Source: Malacoraja senta
Taxonomy: Eukaryota
Reading direction: 5' to 3'
DNA length: 60,000 bases
Assembly (NCBI GenBank): GCA_038087875.1
Contig: CM075989.1
Coordinates: 13,642,001-13,702,000, forward strand
Positions 50,001-60,000 of the stretch are shown in pieces. Each line of letters begins with the position of its first letter. The first letter of the stretch is position 1. Made by a program: the position numbers and the translations under genes. The notes below the pieces were generated by a model. The model made no database searches, was not told where the DNA came from, and saw only the letters and a program-made list of their open reading frames with translations.

Positions 50001-51964
50001 ATAGATACACAGAATCTCTTGCCCAGAGTGGGAGAATCGAGGACCAGAGCACATAGGTTTAAGGTGAAGGGGAGGTAGTTGAGGCTGGAAGTATCCCAAC
50101 ATTTAAGAAACAGTTAGACAAGGTACATGGATAGGACAAGTTTGGGGGGATATGGACCAAACACAGGCAGTGGAACTAGTGTAGCTGGGACATGTTGGCC
50201 GGTATGGGCAAGTTGGGCCGAAGGGCCTGTTTCCACATTGTATCACTCTATGACTCCCAGCAAAAATACACGTGGTCACAGGGAGAACAAGCAGACTTGA
50301 CAGATAGCACCTGAGGTCAGGATTGATCTGCGGGGCAGCAGATCTACCAGCTGGGCTAATCTCCCCCATATATTTTATACTCTTATTTATTTTCACTTCT
50401 GCTCTACCACTTGTGCTCATGCATGCCAATGATATGCCAAGATAGCATGCGAAACAAAGTTATTCCACTGTATCTTAATACACATGGCAATAATAAACCA
50501 ACACCACTGCAAAATGCCTGAAGTTCCACATCACCAGGTTCAGGAACAGCTACTTCCCTACTACCATTCAGCTTTGACTGACTTGCACAACACTAATCCT
50601 ATCTCAGCAACAGAACACTATGGATGATCTCTTGCACAACCACAGAGCTTTAAAAAAATTATGCAAAAAACATGACATTGGTTGAAACTAGTTTCTTTCA
50701 AAAATGTCTTGCAAAAATTGTGTCAATGATATTTAATTTATGTTTAGTGTGTGGTCCGAGTCTATATGCCAGTAATGCTGCTGCAAGCTCGATGTTCATT
50801 TACCTGTACCTCACTGTACTTTTGCATATGATCATAAACTTGACTTGTTGGAGTCTGGAATCTGCCAGAGAGAGGTAGGTCCAAATATAGTGTTCCAGAA
50901 GGAGCTGATTAGTCTTAGGAAGGAGAGGATTTGCAGGGGTGTGGAAAAGGATCTGGCTGGTATTGATTTGATGGGCTGAAAGGCCCACTTTCACACTCTA
51001 ACCTCCCCATAGTAAAGGGAATGCAGTCAATAAGCAGAGGCTTGGTGTGAAATGTTTGTTCTGAGATTATATCCATGGTCTGTGACACCCCCACAAAAAT
51101 CACACACACTTCAGAGCCTGTTTTAGCTCAGAGATATCAGCATGCAAAATGATGTAACCATGGCAACACAGCAAAAGATACCTTATTCCTAGTCATCCAG
51201 TCCCAGTTCAATTGCATTCAAGGTAAAAGCCTCTCCCGGGTTCCTTCAACACTGTCCTCAGCCGCACCATCATCCTACCTCCGCTGTTACTTCCAATGCC
51301 ACAACTCATGCCTCTTTTATCCTACGGACCCTCCCATCTGCCCTGGACCTGGCCTATTACCCACCCTCTGTCTCAACCTCCAAGGCCACTCTCATTATCC
51401 TACCAGATCACTCACCCTCACTCTGGACTTTACACACCTTGTCCCTCCCCTCTATGGCCCCTTAACCTCACTCCCAAGGTCCCTTGACCCCTGTTGTTCC
51501 TCTGCCTTTCCCTTTACCCTTTGGTCCAATCCTTCTCCCCCTTGCAGGCCCCACTTCTATTGGGCCTGCCCCCAGCGCAGCAACCACCCCCCCCCAACCT
51601 CTGCCACTTTCCTCCAGCTGTTACCAACCTGTCCACTCAGACATCAACTGCAGGTGAAAGCATCTCAGTTTGTGCACCTCAGTCCTGCCGCCTCAGCCCT
51701 GCAGATTCTCCCACCCTCGCCCCCATTCACCATCTCTCTACATTTTCCCAGTCCAGCCACCCGCCGTGCCGCCAACCCACGGCCCCTTGTTGCCTCCGAC
51801 CCCTGACCTTGGCTCCATCCACGCTGATGATGCGATAACTGTTCCTCGATCCATCGAAGAAGTATGAGACGGTGAGCGGGTATTTGCCGGAGGGCAGCCA
51901 GTTCCTCTTGGTGGTGGGGTCGATCTGGAAGACATGAGCTTTGCTGGTGAAGATCGGCTGCTCG
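39136..51964 (-). CDS. HOMER2: Homer scaffold protein 2, spliced gene span, exons 2-9 (short ATG-bearing exon 1 not located)
   Basis: Exons 51808-51964, 44482-44613, 44209-44298, 43640-43761, 41853-42003, 40692-40802, 40034-40114 and 39136-39324 join in frame. EVH1 domain ([33 protein letters not shown]) plus C-terminal coiled coil ([19 protein letters not shown]). Synteny with WHAMM and FSD2 supports the HOMER2 paralogue. Confidence 0.9.
39575..39840 (+). mobile_element. tRNA-derived SINE (HE1/V-SINE-like), older copy
   Basis: GGTGGCGCAGC..AGAGTTGCTGCCTCACAGCGCCAGAGACCCGGGTTTAATTCC and GTTTCCTCCCAC, homologous to 12183-12502. Confidence 0.8.
40034..40114 (-). CDS. HOMER2: HOMER2 exon 8
   Basis: ccacag|[27 protein letters not shown]|gtaagc. 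Confidence 0.88.
40692..40802 (-). CDS. HOMER2: HOMER2 exon 7
   Basis: ctgcag|[37 protein letters not shown]|gttggt. Confidence 0.87.
41165..41810. mobile_element. hAT-type non-autonomous DNA transposon
   Basis: 8-bp TSD CCTCCCAC at 41157-41164 and 41811-41818; imperfect short TIRs CAGGGGCGGAA / TTCCGCTCTTG; subterminal GGGGACA motifs. Confidence 0.8.
41853..42003 (-). CDS. HOMER2: HOMER2 exon 6
   Basis: ccccag|[51 protein letters not shown]|gtgagg. Confidence 0.87.
42480..43385 (+). mobile_element. Decayed CR1 LINE fragments
   Basis: [19 protein letters not shown] coding remnant and CR1 3' tail. Confidence 0.65.
43640..43761 (-). CDS. HOMER2: HOMER2 exon 5
   Basis: tttcag|[42 protein letters not shown]|gtgagt. 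Confidence 0.83.
44209..44298 (-). CDS. HOMER2: HOMER2 exon 4
   Basis: ttacag|[30 protein letters not shown]|gtgcgt. Confidence 0.88.
44482..44613 (-). CDS. HOMER2: HOMER2 exon 3 (EVH1)
   Basis: ccgcag|[44 protein letters not shown]|gtgggc. Confidence 0.93.
45640..46130 (+). mobile_element. GC-rich retroposon 3' end with (TATC)n tail
   Basis: Internal ~39-bp tandem GCGACGCCCATGTCGGGGC units; ends AATGACAATAAAGGG(CTAT)n. Confidence 0.55.
48250..49169. mobile_element. Vingi/Ingi(I-group)-like LINE insertion with 5' inversion, nested in a CR1 remnant
   Basis: Plus segment [32 protein letters not shown]; minus segment [22 protein letters not shown]...HIVTSC; 15-bp TSD AGCCACAAAAAGTCT. Confidence 0.8.
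49895..50255 (+). mobile_element. CR1/HER1-type LINE 3' fragment
   Basis: Close match to 1210-1650, with an internal deletion. Confidence 0.8.
51808..51964 (-). CDS. HOMER2: HOMER2 exon 2 (EVH1)
   Basis: ttccag|[53 protein letters not shown]|gtcagg. Confidence 0.93.
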
Positions 51965-54689
51965 CTGGAATGGAGTGGGAGAAGGAGGTCACCACTGAGT
52001 CGACAACAGATGTGATGCAAATACAGACACTACCAAACTTGCGCAATAGGCAACTTACATTGAATTGAATTGAATTATTTGCTTGCATAAACCAAGGTGG
52101 GCAAATAGTCACCCAAAAAGGTCGCTTACAAAGTTACAAATTACACCCCATGCCAGGTCCCCCTTTGTTCTCCCCCCCCTCCCCACGGCGGTCCCCACAC
52201 ACCGAGTCCTCCATTGTCTATTACGTAAACTCGCACTTACGTTAAAATTTCTGTACTCAGTGCAATCAAGGCAGTTTGTAATTTCCACAACACTATGATC
52301 ACTCAAGTTTATATTGGAAACAAGCCAGCAATGGCGGCAGTGCTTACCCAGAAGGCCTCGTGCTGCTGGATGCAGTTGAGACCGTTAATACTCCCAGTAA
52401 TGGACACAAAGTGCTGGAGTAACTCAGCAGGCATCACTGGAGAAGATGGACAGGTGGTGTTTTGGGTCGAGGCCCTTCTTCAAACTCAGTGCGTTATTTT
52501 GGGCAGGAGATAGGGATGATGATTCAGACTTGTGTAAAATCTGACTTACACAGGTGCTCACGGAACATAAAGGAATTGGGAGCAGGCTTTTTTCAAAGCC
52601 TGGCAAGTGATAGGAGGATACAGTTGAGAGGGGTTTTGTTGGTTGTTGGGTGGACAAAGTTTAGAGATGAAAAGACAGAAGGCAGTGAGATAAAAAGTGA
52701 AGCCAAAGGAAGGATTTAAATGGTAGCCACCCCCCCTTCCCCCCTCACCAAGCAGAGCAACCAAGTGAATAATTCAGTGAAACGGGATCAGATCACCCTG
52801 CGAGCTGTGCTGTGAATTATTGATGCAGGGAGACCAGAGGGAGGGAAGGTTACTGGGACTTGGAGCTTGCCCACGCTGCCAGTTGGTACAGAAGATGTTA
52901 GGGAGTGAAGGAGGAGCAGAAGTGTGGTGGAATACCCTCCAGTTATGGAGGATGGAGCCAGGATGGAATCTGCCCCAAAATTCTCAAAGCTCAACACCAA
53001 GCAGAACAAACCACAATGACTCTAAACATTCATCCTCTTCTTGTCATCTGTGGCATCTACAAAATGCACTGCAGTTCCTTGTTCAGGTGCCTCTGACTCC
53101 ACATCTCAAACCTATAAGCTCAGCCACCAAAGACAAGGGCAGTTGGTACAAGGACAATCATTCCCTGTAGCTACCTTCCAAATCATTCATCATCCCTACT
53201 TGGAAATATATAGGTGGTCATTTATCTTCTGTAGGTCTAATTCTAGGAACTCCCAAGGACCTAGAATTAGGTCCAATACCACTAGTAACGGCTTTGAACT
53301 AGGATTTCCAATGAGATGAACAAACCCTGGATTTAGATAACAGACAAACAAGGCAAGTTCCTGCAACCTTCTGCTGAGAGTTTGAAACCGATCTCGCACC
53401 CAGTATCTAGTCAGCCTTGATCAAAAACAAAGTTAAAAACGTTGAGCTTTTTTTGTAGATTTAGTGTTTTTGTGTTGATTGCTGTCTAAAATACGTCACC
53501 AGCTCAACTGAATGGCATCTTACTGCTGTGGATCAAGGTATGCACCTAATGCCAACAATTGGATGAATGGAGATACACAAAAAGAACAGTAGGCTGAAGG
53601 GGTTCTGTGTTGTACGACTCTGACCCCATTGCTGGAGATGCACAGATCCTGGAGAGGTGGCAGACTGAGAGTCTGGGCTGTAACCACTTCAGACCTGGTG
53701 CTGCTGTCAAGCGTCATGTAATTGGGAAAGGGGCACAAGGGAGGTTCTGGCAATTGAGAGCAAGGAGCATCTATTGAAGAGGAGGTACGTCTGTACGGGG
53801 ATACTGCAAACAGAGAGATGCAGAAAAATGTGATGTATTAATTGCCACACACCCTCTGTAAAAGCAGGTCAGCCCAAAGTCATGGTATGACAAGGTTGCT
53901 GACAGCTTGAATGCCATGATATTAGCTCCCAATATTGTCCAGCAGTGAATCAAGTTCAATAACTCAGAGGAACTTTGTGAGGGTAAGAATAAGACTCTTC
54001 CTTCGAAGCCCTTGACACCTCCCTCCCTTCCCACAACCTCTATCTTCCCTTCAAATCCTCCTCATTCTACCCCTCGACATTCACCGGGCTCCACAGCTCA
54101 ATGGCTGCATCATGAACGACATTCTCCAAACACCATGTGACTAACATACCAGGGATATGTGTACAAAAGACTTATTAACCTTGTGTAAACCATTCAGTTG
54201 AGCTGGTGACATACTTTGGACAGCAATCAACACAAAATCCACGAAAAAAGCTCAACGTTGTTAGCTTTGTTTTTGATCAAGGCTGACTGGACACGGGGTG
54301 TGAGATCTGTTCCAAACTCTCAGCAGAAGGTTGCAGGGACTGCCAGTAAACAGTCCACCTGAACCGTGGGAGATCAGTTGGACCATGTCATACTTTGCTG
54401 AACAGTAAGCCTAAGGCGTGGTAGGAGATGTTAGGCAATGACTGCCCACAGGTAATGTCCAAAACAGCACCAAGGGGGACTTTAAAAAGTGATCTGCCAT
54501 TGGCTTTTTGGCCTCATTTCTGCTAACCTCTCTCTCCAACTGTGCAGGTGAGAGCAGAATAGTTCACACACCAAACACTAGACCTTCAAAAAGGTCAAGG
54601 CTTTTAGTTTTGTTTTTGCTATTTCCAATCAAACTTGTTGGGAAATAGAGAGTATGGATTGTTTGTTAAACCTGGTGTTCAGATAAAAT

Positions 54690-54825
54690 GTTTAAGAAGG
54701 AACTGCAGATGCTGGAAAATCGAAGGTAGACAAAAGTGCTGGAGAAACTCAGCGGGTGCGGCAGCATCTATGGAGCTCCATAGATGCTGCCGCACCCGCT
54801 GAGTTTCTCCAGCACTTTTGTCTAC
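54690..54825. repeat. Pseudo-LTR-derived unit with a perfect 100-bp palindrome (54726-54825)
   Basis: GTAGACAAAAGTGCTGG...GGAG|CTCC...CCAGCACTTTTGTCTAC; flanked by GTTCAGAT(A/T)AAAT repeats. Confidence 0.9.
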
Positions 54826-56295
54826 GTTCAGATTAAATCGCCAGGGCAGGCCTGAACTACAGAATCCATCAGCGCCACATACTGCCCAGCAGGAACCCAC
54901 TAATGACTGGCTGTGGCATTAAACAGTTTGCAGAGCCAATGATAAGTAAGTGTTGTCATGCTGGGCTGAATCCATTGCTCCGATTCCTCTGACATACTGA
55001 GCCTGCAGTAAGCGCACTGCTGCTTTCAGTATCCAAGGATGAAGACAGGAATAGTATGATGCACTGATCATCTGCTCCAGGTGACAGCGCTACAGAAAAT
55101 CCCCCAAATTAATGATCTTGGCATTTCGTATCTGGGACCATTTTGGGCACAAGAGAATGACAGCAGAACAGATGCCGGAAACTTGAGTGAGATCGCTGGA
55201 CCAAGGTACACCAAGGCTCTGTGATAAAGATGATCCACTCTGGACCACATGTTCTACACTGACCACAGACCAGCATTCATGCCATCCCCCTAACCCAGTG
55301 TACAGGGAGCTGGCAGTTGTCCCTGGCAGAGTCTGCTCACCACTGCCCGACTAATCCATCTGAAATCACCAGCTGCATCCATCCAGATCAAATTCACCCC
55401 TTCCCACAGTGAGGCTAGAACGACAGCACTGGTTGCTACAGGAGCCTAATTTGTGGGTGGCACACAGAACATAGAATGGCACAGACAGCCTCCCTGGGTG
55501 TGAGGCTGCCAAGTTCAAACAGTTTTGGAGTTTCAAGGTCAGAGAAGGAACAGATTGGGAGGTAGGTAGGGAGGGGGGGAGGGAGGGGGGGGAGAAGGGA
55601 GGAGCCTGCCCGTGACTGCCCGCCAACAGTCCTCCAGCTTACAGCTGCATCACCGTCGCACACAAAGCAGCAGCCGATGGCATGTTCTCTATAAATAACA
55701 TTGACTCTCTACTGAACTGCTCTGGGACATTGAGCTGTGATCAAAAGCCTGACAGGAGGCAGCTCAGAATCTAACATTCCTCCAAATCAGTTCCCTCCAT
55801 TAACACAAGAACTAGCTGACCTGGTAACAAGACAATGATTTTCTTGGAAGCAAATAGAGGTGTTATAATCCAAGAATGTTCAAGCTTACTGATAACATGG
55901 CAAGAGATGTGTCAGCCAAAAGTGCAGACATTCTACTTTACACCACACGGGGATCATTAAGGCACAGATGGTGTCCTACTGACATGATACACCTGACACC
56001 AAGCCACAGCAACTCTGGGCAAATAGACTGGTTTTAAGGATCTTCTTAAAGTGAGAGAGGCTCTGAGCTCAGCCTTGGCAGCTGAAGGCACAGCCACAAT
56101 GGCAAATTGTCTACCTTCAGAGAGAAACCAGAGATTGTGGGACTGCCAGTGGGGCTGTGAGAGGGAGGGGCAACGCCACAAATCCTGGGGTTGAATGTTT
56201 AGAATCCAGGTTGTGGGTATATGGAAGGAGGTGCCTGAGCAAATAGTTGAGGCAGGTGCAATAACAACATTTAAAAGACATTGGGGCGGGTATAT

Positions 56296-56550
56296 GTTTA
56301 AGAAAGAATACAGATGCTGGAAAAATAGAAGGTAGACAAAAATGCTGGAGACACCCAGCGGGTGAGGCAGCTTCTATGGAGCGAAGGAATAGGCGACGTT
56401 TCGGGTTGTGACCCTTCTTCAGACTGATGGGGGGGTGGCAGGAAAAATAAATGAAGAGGCGGAGACAGTAGGCTGTGGGAGAGCTGGGAAGGGGAGGGGA
56501 AGGAGGGAGAAAGCAAGGACTACCTGAAATTGGAGGTGTCAATGTTCATG
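56296..56550 (-). mobile_element. Penelope-like element 3' end with hammerhead-like core (56395-56422)
   Basis: Minus strand MNIDTSNFR*, then CTGAAGAAGGGTCACAACCCGAAACGTC and the pseudo-LTR. Confidence 0.7.
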
Positions 56551-56559
56551 GTATATGGA

Positions 56560-58360
56560 TAGAAACGTAGAAAATAGGTGCAGGAGTAGGCCATTCGGCC
56601 CTTCGAGCCTGCACCGCCATTCAATATGATCATGGCTGATCATCCAACTCAGTATCCTGTACCTGCCTTCTCTCCATACCCCCTGATCCCTTTAGCCACA
56701 AGGGCCACATCTAACTCCGTCTTAAATATAGCCAATGAACTGGCCTCAACTACCTTCTGTGGCAGAGAGTTCCAGAGATTCACCACTCTGTGTGAAAAAT
56801 GTTTTTCTCATCTCGGTCCTAAAGGATTTCCCCTTAATCCTTAAACTGTGACCCCTTGTCCTGGACTTCCCCAACATCAGGAACAATCTTCCTGCATCTA
56901 GCCTGTCCAACCCCTTAAGAATTTTGTAAGTTTCTATAAGATCCCCCCTCAATCTTCTAAATTCTAGCGAGTACAAGCCGAGTCTATCCAGTCTTTCTTC
57001 ATATGAAAGTCCTGACATCCCAGGAATCAATCTGGTGAACCTTCTCTGTACTCCCTCTATGGCAAGAATGTCTTTCCTCAGATTTGGAGACCAAAACTGT
57101 ACGCAATACTCCAGGTGTGGTCTCACCAAGACCCTGTACAACTGCAGTAGAACCTCCCTGCTCCTATACTCAAATCCTTTTGCTATGAATGCTAACATAC
57201 CATTCGCTTTCTTCACTGCCTGCTGCACCTGCATGCCTACTTTCAATGACTGGTGTACCATGACACCCAGGTCTCATTGCATCTCCCCTTTTCCTAATCG
57301 GCCACCATTTAGATAATAGTCTACTTTCCTGTTTTTGCCACCAAAGTGGATAACCTCACATTTATCCACATTATACTGCATCTGCCATGCATTTGCCCAC
57401 TCACCCAGCCTATCCAAGTCGCCTTGCAGCCTCCTAGCATCCTCTTCACAGCTAACACTGCCCCCCAGCTTCGTGTCATCCGCAAACTTGGAGATGTTGC
57501 ATTCAATTCCCTCGTCCAAATCATTAATATATATTGTAAATAGCTGGGGTTCCAGCACTGAGCCTTGCAGTACCCCACTAGTCACTGCCTGCCATTCTGA
57601 AAAGGACCCGTTTACTCCTACTCTTTGCTTCCTGTTTGCCAGCCAGTTCTCTATCCACATCAATACTGAACCCCCAATACCGTGTGCTTTAAGTTTGTAT
57701 ACTAATCTCTTATGTTGGACCTTGTCGAAAGCCTTCTGAAAGTCCAGATATAACACATCCACTGGTTCTCCCTTATCCACTCTACTAGTTACATCCTCGA
57801 AAAATTCTATAAGATTCGTCAGACATGATTTACCTTTCGTAAATCCATGCTGACTTTGTCCAATGATTTCACCACTTTCCAAATGTGCTGCTATCCCATC
57901 TTTAATAACTGACTCTAGCAGTTTCCCCACTACCGATGTTAGACTAACTGGTCTGTAATTCCCCGTTTTCTCTCTCCCTCCCTTTTTAAAAAGGGGGGTT
58001 ACATTAGCTACCCTCCAATCCTCAGGAACTACTCCAGAATCTAAGGAGTTTAGAAAAATGATCACTAATGCATCCACTATTTCTGGGGCTAGTTCCTTAA
58101 GTACTCTGGGATGCAGCCTATCTGGCCCTGGGGATTTATCGGCCTTTAATCCATTCAATTTACCTAACACCACTTCCCGGCTAACCTGGATTTCACTCAG
58201 TTCCTCCATCTCATTTGACAAGCGGTCCTCTGCTATTTCTGGCAGATTATTTATGTCTTCCTTAGTGAAGACATAGTGCAGTTAGTTTTTATGTTCCCTG
58301 CCAGTTTTCTTTCATAATCTATTTTCCCTTTCCTAATTAAGCCCTTTGTCCTCCTCTGTT
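56560..58360 (-). mobile_element. Young CR1 LINE with near-intact RT (ORF2)
   Basis: ORF 57274-58221 (NYRPVSLTS, YLDFQKAFDKV, QGSVL, KFADDTKL) continues in frame through a single TGA into ORF 56746-57261. Confidence 0.93.
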
Positions 58361-58364
58361 GGAC

Positions 58365-58563
58365 NNNNNNNNNNNNNNNNNNNNNNNNNNNNNNNNNNNN
58401 NNNNNNNNNNNNNNNNNNNNNNNNNNNNNNNNNNNNNNNNNNNNNNNNNNNNNNNNNNNNNNNNNNNNNNNNNNNNNNNNNNNNNNNNNNNNNNNNNNNN
58501 NNNNNNNNNNNNNNNNNNNNNNNNNNNNNNNNNNNNNNNNNNNNNNNNNNNNNNNNNNNNNNN
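58365..58563. other. Assembly gap (199 N)
   Basis: Run of N. Confidence 0.99.
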
Positions 58564-59159
58564 NGTGGAAAGAAGGGACTTATTTCATTTGGTAGCAAGG
58601 TCAGTATTTATGGGCCATAGATTTAATGCAATGGGTAAAGAGATAGAGGTTTCACCTACTGTTTATGGAAGTCGCAAATAGTGGATGCAGAAATCCTCAT
58701 CGTATATAAACAGCAGCAGGATGAGCAGCGAGGGAGAGGAGAGCTGCAGGGGTGGGGTTAGGTGATGGGGAGCTTGGCTTCAGCTCACATGGACACTTGG
58801 TGTACTCTTCAATGGTTCCATGAGCTACTTAAGAGGAACAATTACTCAGTGTGGGCCTTGTACTTAGTAGAGTTTAAAGAAATGAGAGGTGATCTTAATG
58901 AAACATGCAAGATCCCAAGGTTGATTGACGGAGTAAGATCTAAGTGGATCTTTCCCCTTGTGGTGTATCTTGGGCATAGTTTTAGAATAAAAGGGTTAAG
59001 AGATCAGAAGTTTCTTTGTTCAGAAGGTCATAAACCTACTGTAATACATTTTAAAAAAGGCACCAGTTCTTTCTACTCTAGAGAGCTGAGTCTCTGAGTA
59101 AAATTGAGATCAAGATGGAGATTTGTGTTTGATAGGGTTATGGATAAGAGTCCTTCTAA

Positions 59160-59720
59160 ATCCACTTTTGGTGTACTGTGTACAAACCTCATTGACCAAC
59201 TGTAGAAGATATGTCATTAAACTGGAAAGGGTGCATTAAAGATTCACAAGAATGTTACGGATACTGGAGGGTTTGAGTTACCAGGAGAGACTGGATAGAC
59301 TAAGACATTTTCCTGGAGTAAAGGAGGCTAAGGACTTAGTATCATCTGCAAACCTACACCTTCTTGAGGTACATTAAATTATGAGGGGTCTGGATAAGGT
59401 GAACTGTCACAATCTTTTTCCTAGAATAAGGGAGTCTGAAATTAGGGAGCATTGATTTAAGGTAAGGGGGGAAGAGCTAAAAGGGACCTTAGGTGCAACA
59501 TTTTCTCACAGAGGGTCATGTGTAGATGGAATGAACTGTCCAGTATGGAAGTTCACTCTCCATGTGAAGTGATAGAGGTGGGCACAATTATAACATTTGG
59601 ATAGGTACATGGATGTGAAATGTTTGGAAGAATATGGGCAGCAGCTCGGTTTGGCAACCTGGTCAGCATGGACAAGTTGGGCAGAAGGCCCTGTTTTCAT
59701 TCTGTATATCTCAATGACTT
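59160..59720 (+). mobile_element. Old CR1 LINE 3' fragment
   Basis: Decayed LERVH.RFTRML coding and GGGCAGAAGGCCCTGTTTTC tail. Confidence 0.7.
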
Positions 59721-60000
59721 ATCAATGTCTTATATAGCTGTAACATGACATCTCACCTCCTGTATGCAATATCCTGACTGATTAAAGCAAATGTGCTAAA
59801 TGCCTTTCTCACTGCACTGTCTATCTGCGTAGTCTCTTTCAAGGAAATATATACCTGCACCCCTAATTCTCTCTGTTCTACAACCGTTCCAGAGCATTTA
59901 CCATTTGTTCCAAAAGTCCCGCCCAGGTTTGGCCTACTAAAACAAAACTCCTCGCATTACTCCTAATTAAACTCAATCTGCCATACTCCAGCCCATTGGC

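Noticed and set aside
53615..53632. ATGGG|GT candidates for HOMER2 exon 1 (also near 52145)
   Set aside because: Both lie in or beside repeat tails with weak donors and no promoter context; exon 1 is probably outside the window.
58251..58681. ORFs containing X runs
   Set aside because: Artefacts of the N gap.

Overview
Vertebrate genomic DNA, most likely a cartilaginous fish (skate/ray-like repeats: HE1/V-SINEs, CR1/HER1 LINEs, abundant Penelope-like pseudo-LTRs). It holds three spliced genes in the order known from human 15q25: FSD2 (minus strand, 12 coding exons, about 794 aa from the ATG at 18223, plus a candidate extra first exon), WHAMM (plus strand, 10 exons, 752 aa, head-to-head with FSD2, CpG-island promoter with a duplicated CRE array) and HOMER2 (minus strand, exons 2-9, tail-to-tail with WHAMM; exon 1 not located). 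All exon boundaries were read by eye, are GT-AG and are phase-consistent. Introns are dense with mobile DNA: a Tc1 DD34E IR/DR transposon, two MITEs, CR1, Rex1-type and Vingi-type LINEs (the last 5'-inverted with a 15-bp TSD), and SINEs. The most striking non-genic signal is about a dozen Penelope-like pseudo-LTR copies; several carry a minimal hammerhead-ribozyme core (CTGANGA-stem II-GAAAC-GTH) and several are short palindromic units with 13-15 bp target-site duplications. There is a 199-N assembly gap at 58365-58563.
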